From: Mytilus californianus
Lineage: Eukaryota
Direction: 5' to 3'
Length of the DNA: 64,000 nucleotides
Assembly: GCF_021869535.1 (NCBI RefSeq)
Contig: NW_026262701.1
Coordinates: forward strand, 28,086,001-28,150,000
Each line of letters starts with the position of its first letter. Positions within the stretch are counted from its first letter, which is position 1. The notes beneath the pieces were generated by a model, which was not told the origin of the DNA, ran no database searches, and saw only the letters and a program-made list of their open reading frames with translations. The translations under genes were made by a program, and so were the position numbers. Below are positions 10,973 to 24,598 of the stretch, one piece after another.

Positions 10973-12730
10973 TTGTGGTAGAAAAAACAAATAATTGAAA
11001 TGTGCGAGTCATGACATTTGGACATTCTTCTTATTTTTCAGTTTGAATAATCCTTTTGAGCACTTCAACATTATTTATAATTAAATATCAAAAGAAAATC
11101 ACAGTTATCATTGAACAATTTCAAACGGAACAATTTAAATTGGATAGAAGTGAAAATGAAGATGAAATATCAACAGATGAAACATCAGATGTAATATTTA
11201 GTAGATAGTAATATTTTTACAAAATATATATTGGCTGTGGTGATGATTGTTGTGGGTATGATAGAAATAATCAGAAAATTTAGACAAAGACTTCAAAATT
11301 TACTTGACCGCCTAGAAAACCCTGCTGTACAACAAGATGATCAACCACAGGCAGCTCAGGACCAACCCATAGCTCCATTACTTGCTCATAATCAACAAAT
11401 TCCCCCTTCAGAGTCAACCAATAACAGATGTCAATGTAATGCCACTACAGAAAAGGTCGTTTGGAATTTGATGCGACTGTCATACAAAAGAGAGGTTTAG
11501 CTAGCTATAAAACCAGGTTCAAACCACCATTTTCTACGTAAGAAAATGTCTGTACCAAGTCAGGAATATGACAGTTGTTATCCATTCGTTTGATGTGTTT
11601 GAGCTTTTAATTTTGCCATTTGATTAGGAACTTTCCTTTTTGAATTTTCCTCGGAGTTCAGTATTTTTTCTGATTTTACTGTTTTCTCAACGACAAATAA
11701 AAACAGTTATAAGACTAAACTTGTAGTCAAGTTTTTTGTATGTGTAAATTTTGTATGTGAAGTTTGTTTATCAATCTTATTTATTCTTTTTGAGAGTTCC
11801 CTAATGTTCCCATCTTTAAACAATTATTTATGTCAATTCTTTTTTGATATATATTGTTTTATTTTTTTTATTTAACTGATTTTTAAATGTTAGATACCTT
11901 AACATACTTAACATGTAAAGTTAAAGCTTAACTATCAATACATAAAAAAAAGTTACCATTTCCCACTTTTATTCCACATATATTCGTGCCAGTTCTAAAA
12001 GAAAGTTTTCGCGGTCTTTTCTTTCATATGAAATTTGGGTATGTGTCGTGTTTTTACATAAATCAATTTTAAGTGACATGTCAAACCTTCAGTCTCGACA
12101 TAGGTTAACTACATCGACCGGTATTATCATTATGATAGATGGTGTTTATCAGTTCAAAGTTTTATATATTTATTTATAAAGTGAGCTCAATATATTATCT
12201 CTCAGGTCACATAGTTATTTTTCAATTAATTGATCTTTTTTTACATAGTGTTGAAGATTTGATCATATGTATGTTTGTATATTGTTGATGTTGTTTTTTT
12301 ATAGTCTATTTTACTTTATTTAGAAACTTTTTTGCAAGAAAAAGATGGAGGCAACTTATTTTATACTTGATATCAGTTCAAAGTTTAATATATATTCATT
12401 TAAGTGAGCTCAATATATTTTCTCTAAGGCCACATAGTTATTTTCAATTTGCTGATCTTTTTTACATGGTGTTAAAGATTTATTCATATGTATGTAAATT
12501 GTTGAAGTTGTTTTGTATAGTCTTTTTTTTACATCATGTCATATTAAAATGCCAAAATATAGTGTAAATACATTGTTGTATTCATTGCATAATTTTCCTT
12601 AAGTCATTATTTCATAATAACATTCACATAATTGTCCTTGACTGATGTATTTCTTTCAATCAAAACTATCTCACGTAACATATTTTTTTGAATGATGTAT
12701 CAGGTTATATGTTTTTTTATATTGAAGCAT
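10973..12730 (+). repeat. ~1.75-kb dispersed repeat B, copy 1
   Basis: Colinear, high-identity match to 25023-26790. Contains an 89-aa ORF, a PLE-type tail (11460-11690) and an internal ~227-bp duplication. Confidence 0.9.
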
Positions 12731-13239
12731 TACAACAATACATTGCATAATTTTCTCAAGTCATATATTTCATTAATCAAAAACAAGATCTCAGGTAACA
12801 CATTTTTAAACAATGTATCAAGTTATATATATTTATGTTTCATATATTGTTTTTACAACAATAATGGATAGATGATCACGTAATGTCTTTTAAGTTTATC
12901 AAGAACATGATGTTTACTAAAAAAATAGTTAAGTCACTTGAAACACATATGTTAGCTGTGAATAAAAGTTAATCTGTTTTAATCATCTTTTCTTTTTCCA
13001 AGCCATTTACAAGCTATCGAAACAACATATTAGTTTCAATACTGAATAAGGTATACCAATGTTTACTGTATATATGTATATAAAATACACACATTCCATA
13101 CATTTCTATGGTCAAGGTTACAACATTCCTGATGACATCATTTTGACAATTGTTGGAATGTCACTTATTTGAACTTTGGTTGACCTCATCCTGTTTACTC
13201 CTAATTACTTCTAATTACCCCTGTCCCAGAATGTGTATA

Positions 13240-16200
13240 ATACTACTACTGTATCCCGAAGTCAAGATTTTAGTAGGTAATGATTACACTGTATCATGAA
13301 GTCAAGACTTGAATGTTTATTGATTACACTGTATCCTGAGGTCAAGACTTTAGTAGGTAATAATTACACTGTATCCTGAAATCAAGACTTTAGTAGGTAA
13401 TGATTACACTGTATCCTGAAGGGAAGACTTTAATGTGTATTGATTACACTGTATCCTCAAGTCAAGACTTTAGTAGGTAAATAAATGATAACACTGTATC
13501 TTGAATTCAAGACATTAGTATGTGATGATTGCACTGTATCCTGAAATCAAGACTTTAGTAGGTAATGGTTACACTGTATCCTGAAGTCAAGACTTGAGTG
13601 TGTAAAGTTTACACTGATTTCTGAAGTCAAGACTGTAGTAGGTAATGATTAAACTATATCCTGAAGTCAAGACATTAGAAGGTAATGATTAAACTGTATC
13701 CTGAAGTCAAGATTTTAATAGGTAATGATTCCACTGCATCCTGATGTCAAGACTTTAGTAGGTAATGATTACACTGTATCCTGATGTCAAAACTTAAGTT
13801 TGTAATGATTATACTGTATCCTGAAATCAAGACTTTAGTAGGTAATGATAGCACTGTATCCTGAAATCAAGACTTAAGTAGGTAATGATTACACTGTATC
13901 CTGAATATCAAGACTTTAGAGGGTAATGATTACACTGTATCCTGATGTCAAGACTTTAGTATGTAATGATTATACTGTATCCTGATGTCAAGACTTTAGA
14001 AGGTGGTGATTACACTGTATCTTGAAATCAAGACTTTAGTAGGTAATGGTTACACTGTATTCTGATGTCAAGACTTAATAGGTAATGATTACACTGTATC
14101 CTAAGTCAAGACTTGAATGTGTATTGATTACACTGTATCCTGAAGTCAAAACATTGTTAGTTAATGGTTACCCTGTATCCGGAAGTCAAGTCTTGAATGT
14201 GTATTGATTACACTGTATCCTAAGTCAAGACTTGAATGTGTATTGATTACACTGTATCATGAATTCAAGACTTGAATGAGTATTGATTACACTGTATCCT
14301 GAAGTCAAAACATTGTTAGTTAATGGTTACCCTGTATCCTGAAGTCAAGGCTTTAGTAGGTAATGGTTACCCTGTATCCTGAAGTCAAGACTGAATGTGT
14401 ATTGATTACACTGTATCATGAATTCAAGACTTTAATGTGTATTGATTTCACTGTTTCCCGAAGTCAAGACTCAAGTAGGTAATGATTCCACTGTATCCTG
14501 ATGTCAAGACATTAGAAGGTAATGAGTATACTGTATCCTGATGTCAAGACTTTAGTAAGTGATGATTACACTGTATCCTGAAATCAAGACTTTAGTAGGT
14601 AATGACTGAAATCAAGACTTTAGTAGATAATGATTAAACTGTATCCTGATGTCAAGACTTAAGTAGGTAATGATAACACTGTATCCTGAAATCAAGACTT
14701 TACTAGGTAATGATTCCACTGAATCCTGATGTCAAGACTTTAGTGAGTAATGATTCCACAGTATCCTGAAGTCAAGAATTTAGCAGGTAATGATAACACT
14801 GTATCCTGAAGTCAAGACTTTAGTAGGTAACAATTACACGGTATCCTCAGTGAAGTCAAGACATTTTGGTAATGATTAAACTGTATCCTGAAGTCAAGAT
14901 TTTAATAGGTAATGATTCCACTGCATCCTGATGTCAAGACTTTAGTAGGTAATGATTACACTGTATCCTGATGTCAAAACTTAAGTTTGTAATGATTATA
15001 CTGTATCCTGAAATCAAGACTTTAGTAGGTAATGATAGCACTGTATCCTGAAATCAAGACTTAAGTAGGTAATGATTACACTGTATCCTGAATATCAAGA
15101 CTTTAGAGGGTAATGATTACACTGTATCCTGATGTCAAGACTTTAGTATGTAATGATTATACTGTATCCTGATGTCAAGACTTTAGAAGGTGGTGATTAC
15201 ACTGTATCTTGAAATCAAGACTTTAGTAGGTAATGGTTACACTGTATTCTGATGTCAAGACTTAATAGGTAATGATTACACTGTATCCTAAGTCAAGACT
15301 TGAATGTGTATTGATTACACTGTATCCTGAAGTCAAAACATTGTTAGTTAATGGTTACCCTGTATCCGGAAGTCAAGTCTTGAATGTGTATTGATTACAC
15401 TGTATCCTAAGTCAAGACTTGAATGTGTATTGATTACACTGTATCATGAATTCAAGACTTGAATGAGTATTGATTACACTGTATCCTGAAGTCAAAACAT
15501 TGTTAGTTAATGGTTACCCTGTATCCTGAAGTCAAGGCTTTAGTAGGTAATGGTTACCCTGTATCCTGAAGTCAAGACTGAATGTGTATTGATTACACTG
15601 TATCATGAATTCAAGACTTTAATGTGTATTGATTTCACTGTTTCCCGAAGTCAAGACTCAAGTAGGTAATGATTCCACTGTATCCTGATGTCAAGACATT
15701 AGAAGGTAATGAGTATACTGTATCCTGATGTCAAGACTTTAGTAAGTGATGATTACACTGTATCCTGAAATCAAGACTTTAGTAGGTAATGACTGAAATC
15801 AAGACTTTAGTAGATAATGATTAAACTGTATCCTGATGTCAAGACTTAAGTAGGTAATGATAACACTGTATCCTGAAATCAAGACTTTACTAGGTAATGA
15901 TTCCACTGAATCCTGATGTCAAGACTTTAGTGAGTAATGATTCCACAGTATCCTGAAGTCAAGAATTTAGCAGGTAATGATAACACTGTATCCTGAAGTC
16001 AAGACTTTAGTAGGTAACAATTACACGGTATCCTCAGTGAAGTCAAGACATTAGTAGGTTATGATTACACTGTATCCTAAATTAAGACTTTAGTATGTAA
16101 AAATTACACTGTATTCTCGGTGAAATCAAGACATTCGTAGGTAATTATCAGACTGTATCATAAAGTCAAGACTTAAGGAGGTGATGATAACACTGTATCC

Positions 16201-18745
16201 TGAAGTCAAGACTTTAGTAGGTGATGATCACACTGTATCCTGAAACCACGAATTTAGTAGGTAATGATTGCACTGTATCCTGAAGTCAAGACTTAAATGT
16301 GTAATGATTGCACTGTATCCTGAAGTCAAGACTTTAATGTGTAATGATTGCACTTAATCCTGAAGTCAAGACGTTAGCAGGTAATGATTCAACTGTATCC
16401 TGAAATTAAGATTTTAGTAGGTGATGATTACACTGTATCCTTAAATCAAGATGAAATAGGTGATGATTACACTGTATCCTGAAGTCAAGACTTTAATGTG
16501 TATTGATTACACTGTATCCTTAAGTCAAGACTTAAGTAGGTAATGATTACAATGTATCCTGAATTCAATACATTAGTATGTGCTGATTACACTGTATCCT
16601 AAAGTCAAGACTTAAGTAGGTAATGATTACACTGTATCCTGAATATCAAGACTTAAGAGGGTAATGATTACACTGTATCCTGATGTCAAGACTTTAGTAT
16701 GTAATGATTATACTGTATCCTGAAATCAAGACTTTAGTAGGTAATGGTTACACTGTATTCTGATGTCAAGACTTAAGTAGGTAATGATTACACTGTATCC
16801 TAAGTCAAGACTTGAATGTGTATTGATTACACTGTATCTTGAAGTCAAAACATGTTAGTTAATGGTTACACTGTATCCGGAAGTCAAGACTTGAATGTGT
16901 ATTGATTACACTGTATCCTGAAGTCAAGGCTTTAGTAGGTAATGGTTACCCTGTATCCTGAAGTCAAGACTTGAATGTGTATTGATTACACTGTATCATG
17001 CATTCAAGACTTTAATGTGTATTGATTTCACTGTTTCCGAAGTCAAGACTCAAGTAGGTAATGATTCCACTGTATCCTGATGTCAAGACATTAGTAGGTA
17101 ATGATTATACTATATCCTGATGTCAAGACTTTAGTAAGTGATGATTACACTGTATCCTGAAATCAAGTCTTTAGTAGGTAATGACTGAAATCAAGACTTT
17201 AGTAGATAATGATTACACTGTATCCTGAAATCAAGACTTTACTAGGTAATGATTCCACTGAATCCTGATGTCAAGACCTTAGTAAGTAATGATTCCACTG
17301 TATCCTGAAGTCAAGAATTTAGCAGGTGATGATTACACTGTATCCTGAAGTCAAGACTTTAGTAGGTAACAATTACACGGTATCCTCAGTGAAGTCAAGA
17401 CATTAGTAGGTTATGATAACACTGTATCCTAAATTAAGACTTTAGTATGTAAAAATTACACTGTATTCTCGGTGAAATCAAGACATTCGTAGGTAATTAT
17501 AAGACTGTATCATGAAGTCAAGACTTAAGGAGGTGATGATAACACTGTATCCTGAAGTCAAGACTTTAGTAGGTGATGATCACACTGTAACCTAAAACCA
17601 CGAATTTAGTAGGTAATGATTGCACTGTATCCTGAAGTCAAGACTTAAATGTGTATTGATTGCACTGTATCCTGAAGTCAAGACTTTAATGTGTAATGAT
17701 TGCACTTAATCCTGAAGTCAAGACGTTAGCAGGTAATGATTCAACTGTATCCTGAAATTAAGATTTTAGTAGGTGATGATTACACTGTATCCTGAAGTCA
17801 AGACTTTAATGTGTATTGATTACACTGTATTCTTAAGTCAAGACTTAAGTAGGTAATGATTACAATGTATCCTGAATTCAATACATTAGTATATGCTGAT
17901 TACACTGTATCCTGAAGTAAAGACTTTAGTAGGAAATGATAACACTGTATCGTGAAATTAAGATTTTAGTAGATAATGATTACACTGTATCTTGAAGTCG
18001 AGAATTTAATGAGTATTGATAACACTGTATCCTGAAATCAATTTTTTAGTAGGTGATGATTTCGCTGTATCCTGAAGTCAAGACTTAAGTAGGAAATGAT
18101 TACACTGTATCCTGAAATCAAGATTTTAGTAGGTAATGATTACACTGTATCTTGAAGTCAAGAATTTAATGTGTATTGATTACACTGTATCCTGAAATCA
18201 AGATTTTAGTAGATGATTATTACACTCTATCCTGGTGTCGATAATTTAGTAGGTAATGATTGGACTGTATCCTAAAATCAAGACTTCAGTAGGTAATGAT
18301 TACACTGTATCATGAAGTCAAGATTTTAGTAGGTAATGATTACACTGTATCCTGAAGTCAAAACTTTAATAGGTGATGGTTACACTCTATCCTGAAGTCA
18401 AGATTTTAGAAGGTAATGATTACACTGTATCTTGAAGTCAAGAATTAAATGTGTATTGATTACACTGTACCATGAAGCCAAGACTTTATAGTGTATTGAT
18501 TACACTGTATCCTGAAGTCAAGACTTTAGTAGGAAATGATTACACTGTATCCTGAAATCAAGATTTTAGTAGGTAATGATTACACTGTATCTTGAAGTCA
18601 AGAATTTAATGTGTATTGATTACACTGTATCCTGAAGTCAAGACTTTAGTAGGTAATGAAAACACTGTATCCTGAAGTGAAGACTTTAGTAGGTAATGAT
18701 TACACTGTATCTTGAAATCAAGACTTTAGTAGGTTATGTTACACT
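13240..18745. repeat. 40-bp satellite array (~135-140 units) with higher-order repeats
   Basis: Consensus ACTGTATCCTGAAGTCAAGACTTTAGTAGGTAATGATTAC; period 40 (13331, 13371, 13411). Diagnostic variant CAATTACACGGTATCCTCAGTG recurs at 14831, 16018 and 17370. Confidence 0.97.
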
Positions 18746-18944
18746 ATTGATTTGTGTTTATGCCAGAGCGCTTTTGCCGAAGCCGAAAGCTGATGTTTTT
18801 TTTATTATATCGAATTTATTATTCAAATGTACATGTCATTGAACATTTTCATATCTACAAATATTTGACAGCGACAATGGAGCATTTGAACATATGAATT
18901 CAATAATGAACTCGTCCTTTTACATTTTATTTTATTTAAATATC

Positions 18945-19940
18945 ACCATAAAATTGAGAATGGAAATGGGAAATCTGTCAAAGAGACAACAACCCGACCA
19001 AAGAGCAGATAACAGCCGAAGGCCACCAATGGGTCTTCAACGCAGCGAGAAAATCCCGCACCCGGAGGTGGTCCTCAGTCAGCCCCTAAATAAAATTGTG
19101 TACTGGTTCAGTGAAAATGGACGTCACACTAAGCTCCAAAACATATAAAGGAACTAAAATTAAAAATAAAAAAAACATACAAGACTTACAAAGGCCAGAG
19201 GCTCCTGACTTGGGACAGGTGCAAAAATGCGGCGGGGTTAAACATGTTTTGTAAGATCTCAACCCTCCCCCTATACCTCTAGCCAATGTACAATAAAGAA
19301 ACACATAGTAATGCGCACAGTAAAACTCAATTTAAAAGAAGTCTGAGTGAGATGTCAGAATAGGTAACAAAAGAAACTAAGCAAAATGACAATGATACAT
19401 AAATTAACAAATGGCAGTTACTGACATGCTAGCTCCAGACCTTAATTAAACTGATTGAACGATCATGTCTTCATCATATGAAAATCAGGTACAATCCCTC
19501 CCGTTAGGTGTTTAGTATCATACCATCATAAAATATATGAGAAGAACACAACCCGTATCATGCCAACAACTGGTTTTAGAATAAATGTCTTTATTTCCGA
19601 TGCAAAGACCCTATGAATTAATCAATATTAATACCAAAATATGCAATCCTTAATGATCTGACAACATTATCGTAACTATATCCCTTCCGAATAAGTCTGT
19701 TTAAATGTTTGGTTAGCTTTTGAGGTGAATGCCGACATTTTTGTGCTTTGTAAAGAATATTACCATAAAATGTTGTATGTTAAGTACCTGAACGTATAAG
19801 ATGTCTGCATGTTGATTTATATTTACGAATGATGTCCTTGTACCGATGATAAAATTATGTAAATGTTTTGACTAGTTTGGGATATCGAAAACCCTGGTGT
19901 AATAATTTTTCAGTAATACAGAGATTTCTTTTGTTGAAAT
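18945..19940 (-). mobile_element. PLE RT C-terminus plus 3' region (reverse copy of the 27640-28742 family)
   Basis: 18945 TAAAATTGAGAATGGAAATGGG is the reverse complement of ~28720-28742; colinear back to the KLLHQGF-coding segment at ~19900. Confidence 0.8.
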
Positions 19941-20689
19941 TAAATACGTTGTTACATACTCGAGCGAATCTAAGAGACATTGAATATCATTTACTTCAGT
20001 GACACAGCATTTGGAAGATAATTTTACCTCACACAATACTGGTCAAAATGTAGAACTTCCTAGATTGCATTATGAATGAGTTATTTCAGGAGATTTAATT
20101 ATGAATTTTGTTGCAAATTTGGCAATTCATAATTTAAGATCAACATATTTTTTTAAATATTTTTTTGAGTGGAAAATGCATTCTACATCTTGTAACAAAT
20201 ATGCATATTGTAGTTTAATTATTCTGACGAGTAAAACAAAATTGAAGGGAGAAGTTGTTTTGAAAATATTCTCATCAGAAATTTCTTATCCTCTCAGCAG
20301 CAATACGAAGTCAAACAATAAAAAAACAGCGTGTGTTTATGGTAAAAAGAGTCAGGTGTAGGTTTTGGTCAAACAAAGTTGTTATGTAGTCACCTCTCGC
20401 CGTTAAAATAGTAACTCAAGAAAATAATCAAATACAATTAAAAAAAAATAAAGAGATAGACAGTAGTGCCATGCTCTTTCTGGCCACATATTTCTGTATC
20501 AAATCATATCAACCTGATCAAAAGACAATTACAAAACTGAACATTGATACATGAACTACGAAACAATAGTTACTTATCGATATTAAGCTTTATAAGAATA
20601 TTGATTAGCATAGAAACAATGCAAATCTTTATTCGCATTTTCTATTCTATAGGATATGGTGAATCAAATGAAACCAAACCTAACACATA

Positions 20690-21250
20690 TATAGATATAA
20701 GAAGATGTGGTATGAGTGCCAATGAGACAACTCTCCATCCAAGTCAAAATTTATAAATGTAAACCATTATAGGTCAAAGTACGGTCTTCAACACGGAGCC
20801 TTGGCTCACACCGAACAGCAAGCTATAAAGGGCCCCAACAATTACTAGTTTAAAACCATTCAAACGGGAAAACCAACGGTCTAATCTATATAAAAAACTA
20901 GAAACGAGACACACTTATGAACCACATCAACAAACGACAACTACTGAACATCAGATTCCTGACTTAGGACAGGTGCAAACAATTGCAGCGGGTTTAAACG
21001 TTTTAATGGTACCAAACCTTCACCCTTATATGAAACAATATTGTGACATCACAACATAGAAAGACACACTATAAAATATCAATTGAAATGGCTTAACTTA
21101 ATCAAAAGACATATTAACAACAGTGAACATACACTGAACAAATAAATTTGATCCATGATACAATGTAAATACAAAATAAATAAACTAAGGGAAGAATAGT
21201 TAAAGTAACTGTACATGTTATACCGCTGTGAAATGATTAACAATTTAAGA
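20690..21250 (-). mobile_element. PLE-tail-type non-autonomous repeat; near-identical opposite-strand copy at 42415-42755
   Basis: ATAGATATAAGAAGATGTGGTATGAGTGCCAATGAGACAACTCTCCATCCAAGTC is the reverse complement of 42700-42755. Confidence 0.8.
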
Positions 21251-21467
21251 AAAACAATATGCTTGAACAAAAATATCAGCCATTTGCAATTACTTTAAAC
21301 AGAGCTAAATGAAAATAATTTTGTTGTTAGGTATACGTGTACATATGTTCATCACAAAAATAATTGTAAAAACAAACACATAATCACAAATAAAAAAAAA
21401 CCAAAACTAAAGCTTTGAAAAGTGTTAATCTTAATAAAACTATGAGTTATATCAGCAAAATGGTCTG

Positions 21468-21575
21468 CGACTCTTTTTACAAAAAGTCTTACGAGTAAAA
21501 ACACACATTAGTCATCAACATTTCAGTATAACTTACGACACATTTTAGTCGTAAGATTTTTTTGTGAAAAGAGCC
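21468..21575. mobile_element. ~108-bp MITE with ~30-bp imperfect TIRs
   Basis: CTCTTTTTACAAAAAGTCTTACGAGTAAAA ... TTTTAGTCGTAAGATTTTTTTGTGAAAAGAG; second copy, inverted, at 46742-46850. Confidence 0.75.
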
Positions 21576-22934
21576 CCTGAATTGCTTCTTTTGGATGATG
21601 TCATTTAATTTCATAAGTTACTGAAAAATGAACTGCGCACATACTTCTAAAGCAATAATAAGCTATTTTCAAACAGTTTCTTGTAAATATGCAAAATACT
21701 CATATATTTAAGTGTCATGTAAATAACCGAAATATGGTATTTCATAAAATACAGTCTTTGCAAATTTTTCTTTACGTTCATAGTTATTGAAAAAGTTACC
21801 AAATAACAACGTCAGACAAAAATTCGAAATAGGCAGAAATGAATTCTCCTCGATATAAATGTTACCATTTTCAACGATTCGTAGAAAATGGTAGAAGATT
21901 ACTTAACATCTTGTACGCTACATAGAGATCGTTGCTGAACATCATGTACGCTACATAGTGATAGGAGTACTAGTAATCAAAATTAATACTGTTACCCCCA
22001 AAATATCTCCACTTTTAGTTCGTTCTCCTAGGGGACACTATGTATTATTAGCTACTTAGAAATGTCCCAACGAACAACAACTGTAATGAAAAAAAGATAA
22101 CAAAATGAATTAAACGATTTTGTCATAAAGTTTTTTCTTTTCCTTCTAACATTAAATTCCGTGTCAGTACAAACGTACTTGTAACCTTAGCAAATTATGA
22201 TATATATGCTCTCGGGGACTAAAAGTTTAACAGTAATTGTATCGACTTTGTGGTATTTCATAAACAAATTGCAAATCATGAACTTATTTTGATTCACCAT
22301 TTAGGCACTACAAACACTTTGTGATCAAAAAAATGTTGGCCATCTTTTACCAACCGAACATTTGTTAAGCATAAATATCAATGATACCAAACATACAGTT
22401 TATTGCTAGTCAATTATGCTCGAAACTAAATACTGAAAAATCCGAGTATATAAAAAAAAATTAAGGAGCAATAAACCGGCACACCAAAAACCTTAGAATA
22501 TTTAGCAATAAACTTGTCTTTTCACATCTTGTCGCTTTTCATCTCATAAGGCTTAACAGTCCAATGACCTTTTGACATTTTGTCATTACTGAGAGTCCGT
22601 TAAATACGTATAAAGTCTTTTGTAAAAAGTCCTTATTTCGTTCCAATGTATTAGATGCGTTGCCACCAGATGAAATAAATGATTTCATATTCATTGAATG
22701 ACAAGCATGGCGGCATCTGTGATAAATAGGTCCCATTAAAACCTAAAGGGAAACAAATATTTTCATCTTTTTTTTATATTTCACGGCCGATCTTTACCAA
22801 ACTTACAAGAAATTATACATTTTAGGTTATCCAGAAACAATATTTCATTTTAATCTGGTCTGGCGAAATCAAACATTATCCACAGAGGCAATTGTAGACT
22901 TAGAAAAGTCAATGCCAAACTTTTCAGGAATGAT

Positions 22935-23010
22935 AACGTGTCTTTGCTTTTATTTCTAAATGCCGTGTGCTTAGCGGAGAGACAGCAGACATCAATTTTA
23001 AAGTCTTTGG
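22935..23010 (-). mobile_element. SINE central-domain fragment (MetaSINE-like)
   Basis: Reverse complement CCAAAGACTTTAAAATTGATGTCTGCTGTCTCTCCGCTAAGCACACGGCATT resembles the Meta domain as I recall it; not checked. Confidence 0.4.
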
Positions 23011-23049
23011 ATGGATGCATTTCATGATGCATGATGATAGATTGAGTCA

Positions 23050-24470
23050 CATAAATGTCAGCAATAATGCCACATACATGTCATCAACAATGTCACATAC
23101 ATGTCAACAATGATGTCACATACATGTCAACAACGATGTCACAGACATATAACCAATGGTGTAACATACATGTCAGCAATGAGGTTTCATGATGCTTGAT
23201 GATAGATTAAGTCACATAAATGTCAGCAATGTTGTCACATACATGTTAGTGCTGATGTCGCAAACATGCCAGCAATGATGTCACATACATGTCAGTGATG
23301 ATGTTACATACAATGTCAACAACGATGTCTCATCTCCCAGACATATAACCTTAGCCGTATTTGGCACAACTTTTTGGAACTTTTGGTCCTCAATGCTCTT
23401 CAACTTTGTACATGTTTTGGCTTTCCAACTTTTTTGATCTGAGCGTCACTGGTTAGTCTTGTGTGGACGAAACGCGCGTCTTAAATTTTAAACCTGGTAC
23501 CTTTTGTTAGCTATTATTCGTATGTTTCCCCGTCCTATATGTTCTCCCATTTATTTGCATTGTAGTCCTGTCATGTAATGTTGACATTCTAATGTTATAT
23601 TTAACATTGCCATAAAGGCGGGAGGTTTGGCTAGCCTCAAAACCAGGTTCAACCCACCATTTTTTTCTTAAAATGTCCTGTACCAAGTCAGGAAAATGGC
23701 CATTGTTATATTATAGTTCGTTTCTGTGTGTGTTACATTTTAATGTTGTGTTTCTGTTGTGTCGTAGTTTTCCTCTTATATTTGATGTGTTTCCCTCAGT
23801 TTTAGTTTGTAACCCGGATTTGTTTTTTTCTCAATCGATTTATGAATTTCGAACAGCGGTATACTACTGTTGCCTTTATTTACATGTCGCCAATGTTACA
23901 TGTTACATTGTCAACAATGATGTCACATAATTGTCAACAATGATGTCACATAATTGTCAACTATGATGTCACATGCATGTAAGTATTGATACCACATACA
24001 TGTCAACAATGATGTCACATACACGTCACCAATGATACCCCATACATTAATAATAAAGTCACATACATGTCAGCAACGATGTCACATACATGTCACCAAT
24101 GATGCCACATACATGTCAGCAATAATGTCACATACATGTCAGCATTGATGCTACCCACATATCAGCAATGAAGTCACACACATATCAGTAATGATACCAC
24201 ATATACATTTCACCAATGATGTCACATACATGGTACATGTCAGCAATAATGTCACGAACATGTCAGTAATGATGTCATATGTACATTAGCAATGATGTTA
24301 CATACGTGGCAGCAATGATCTTGTGCACACATGTGAAAGGATGCCATATACATGTCAGCAAGGATCCCCCATACATGTCATCAATTTTATCACATACACG
24401 CCAACAATGATGTCACATACACGTGAGTAATCATGTCACATAAATATTACCAATGATGTCGCATGTATAC
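23050..24470. repeat. Degenerate 23-bp minisatellite (TGTCACATACATGTCAACAATGA), split by an insertion at ~23335-23881
   Basis: Period 23 (23091, 23114); the array resumes at ~23882. Confidence 0.9.
23335..23881 (+). mobile_element. Retrozyme-like segment with degenerate hammerhead (23443-23480) fused to a PLE-type tail
   Basis: GCGTCA-CTGGTTA-GTCT/TGTGT/GGAC-GAAA-CGCGC-GTC: core mutated from CTGATGA and 3' helix-I strand missing. Tail carries the TGTACCAAGTCAGGA box. Confidence 0.65.
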
Positions 24471-24598
24471 AAGGTTCTTATTGGGCTGTTTGGGAAATCT
24501 CAGAAACTTTATTGAACGTATGGTTGGAAGGAATAATATTCTATACGGAATGTGTTTCTAAAAAATATCGCGCTATAGCCAGATGAAATACTCAATTC

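Noticed and set aside
13240-18745. CRISPR-like array (conserved 28-mer plus variable segment)
   Set aside because: The variable part is only ~12 bp and recurs in two main states instead of being unique; there are no cas genes and the context is eukaryotic. It is a satellite.
22530-22760. Possible exon on the - strand after TTCCCTTTAG (FNGTYLSQMPPCLSFNEYEIIYFIWWQR)
   Set aside because: All frames hit stops within ~30-65 codons, with no recognisable family and no partner exons.
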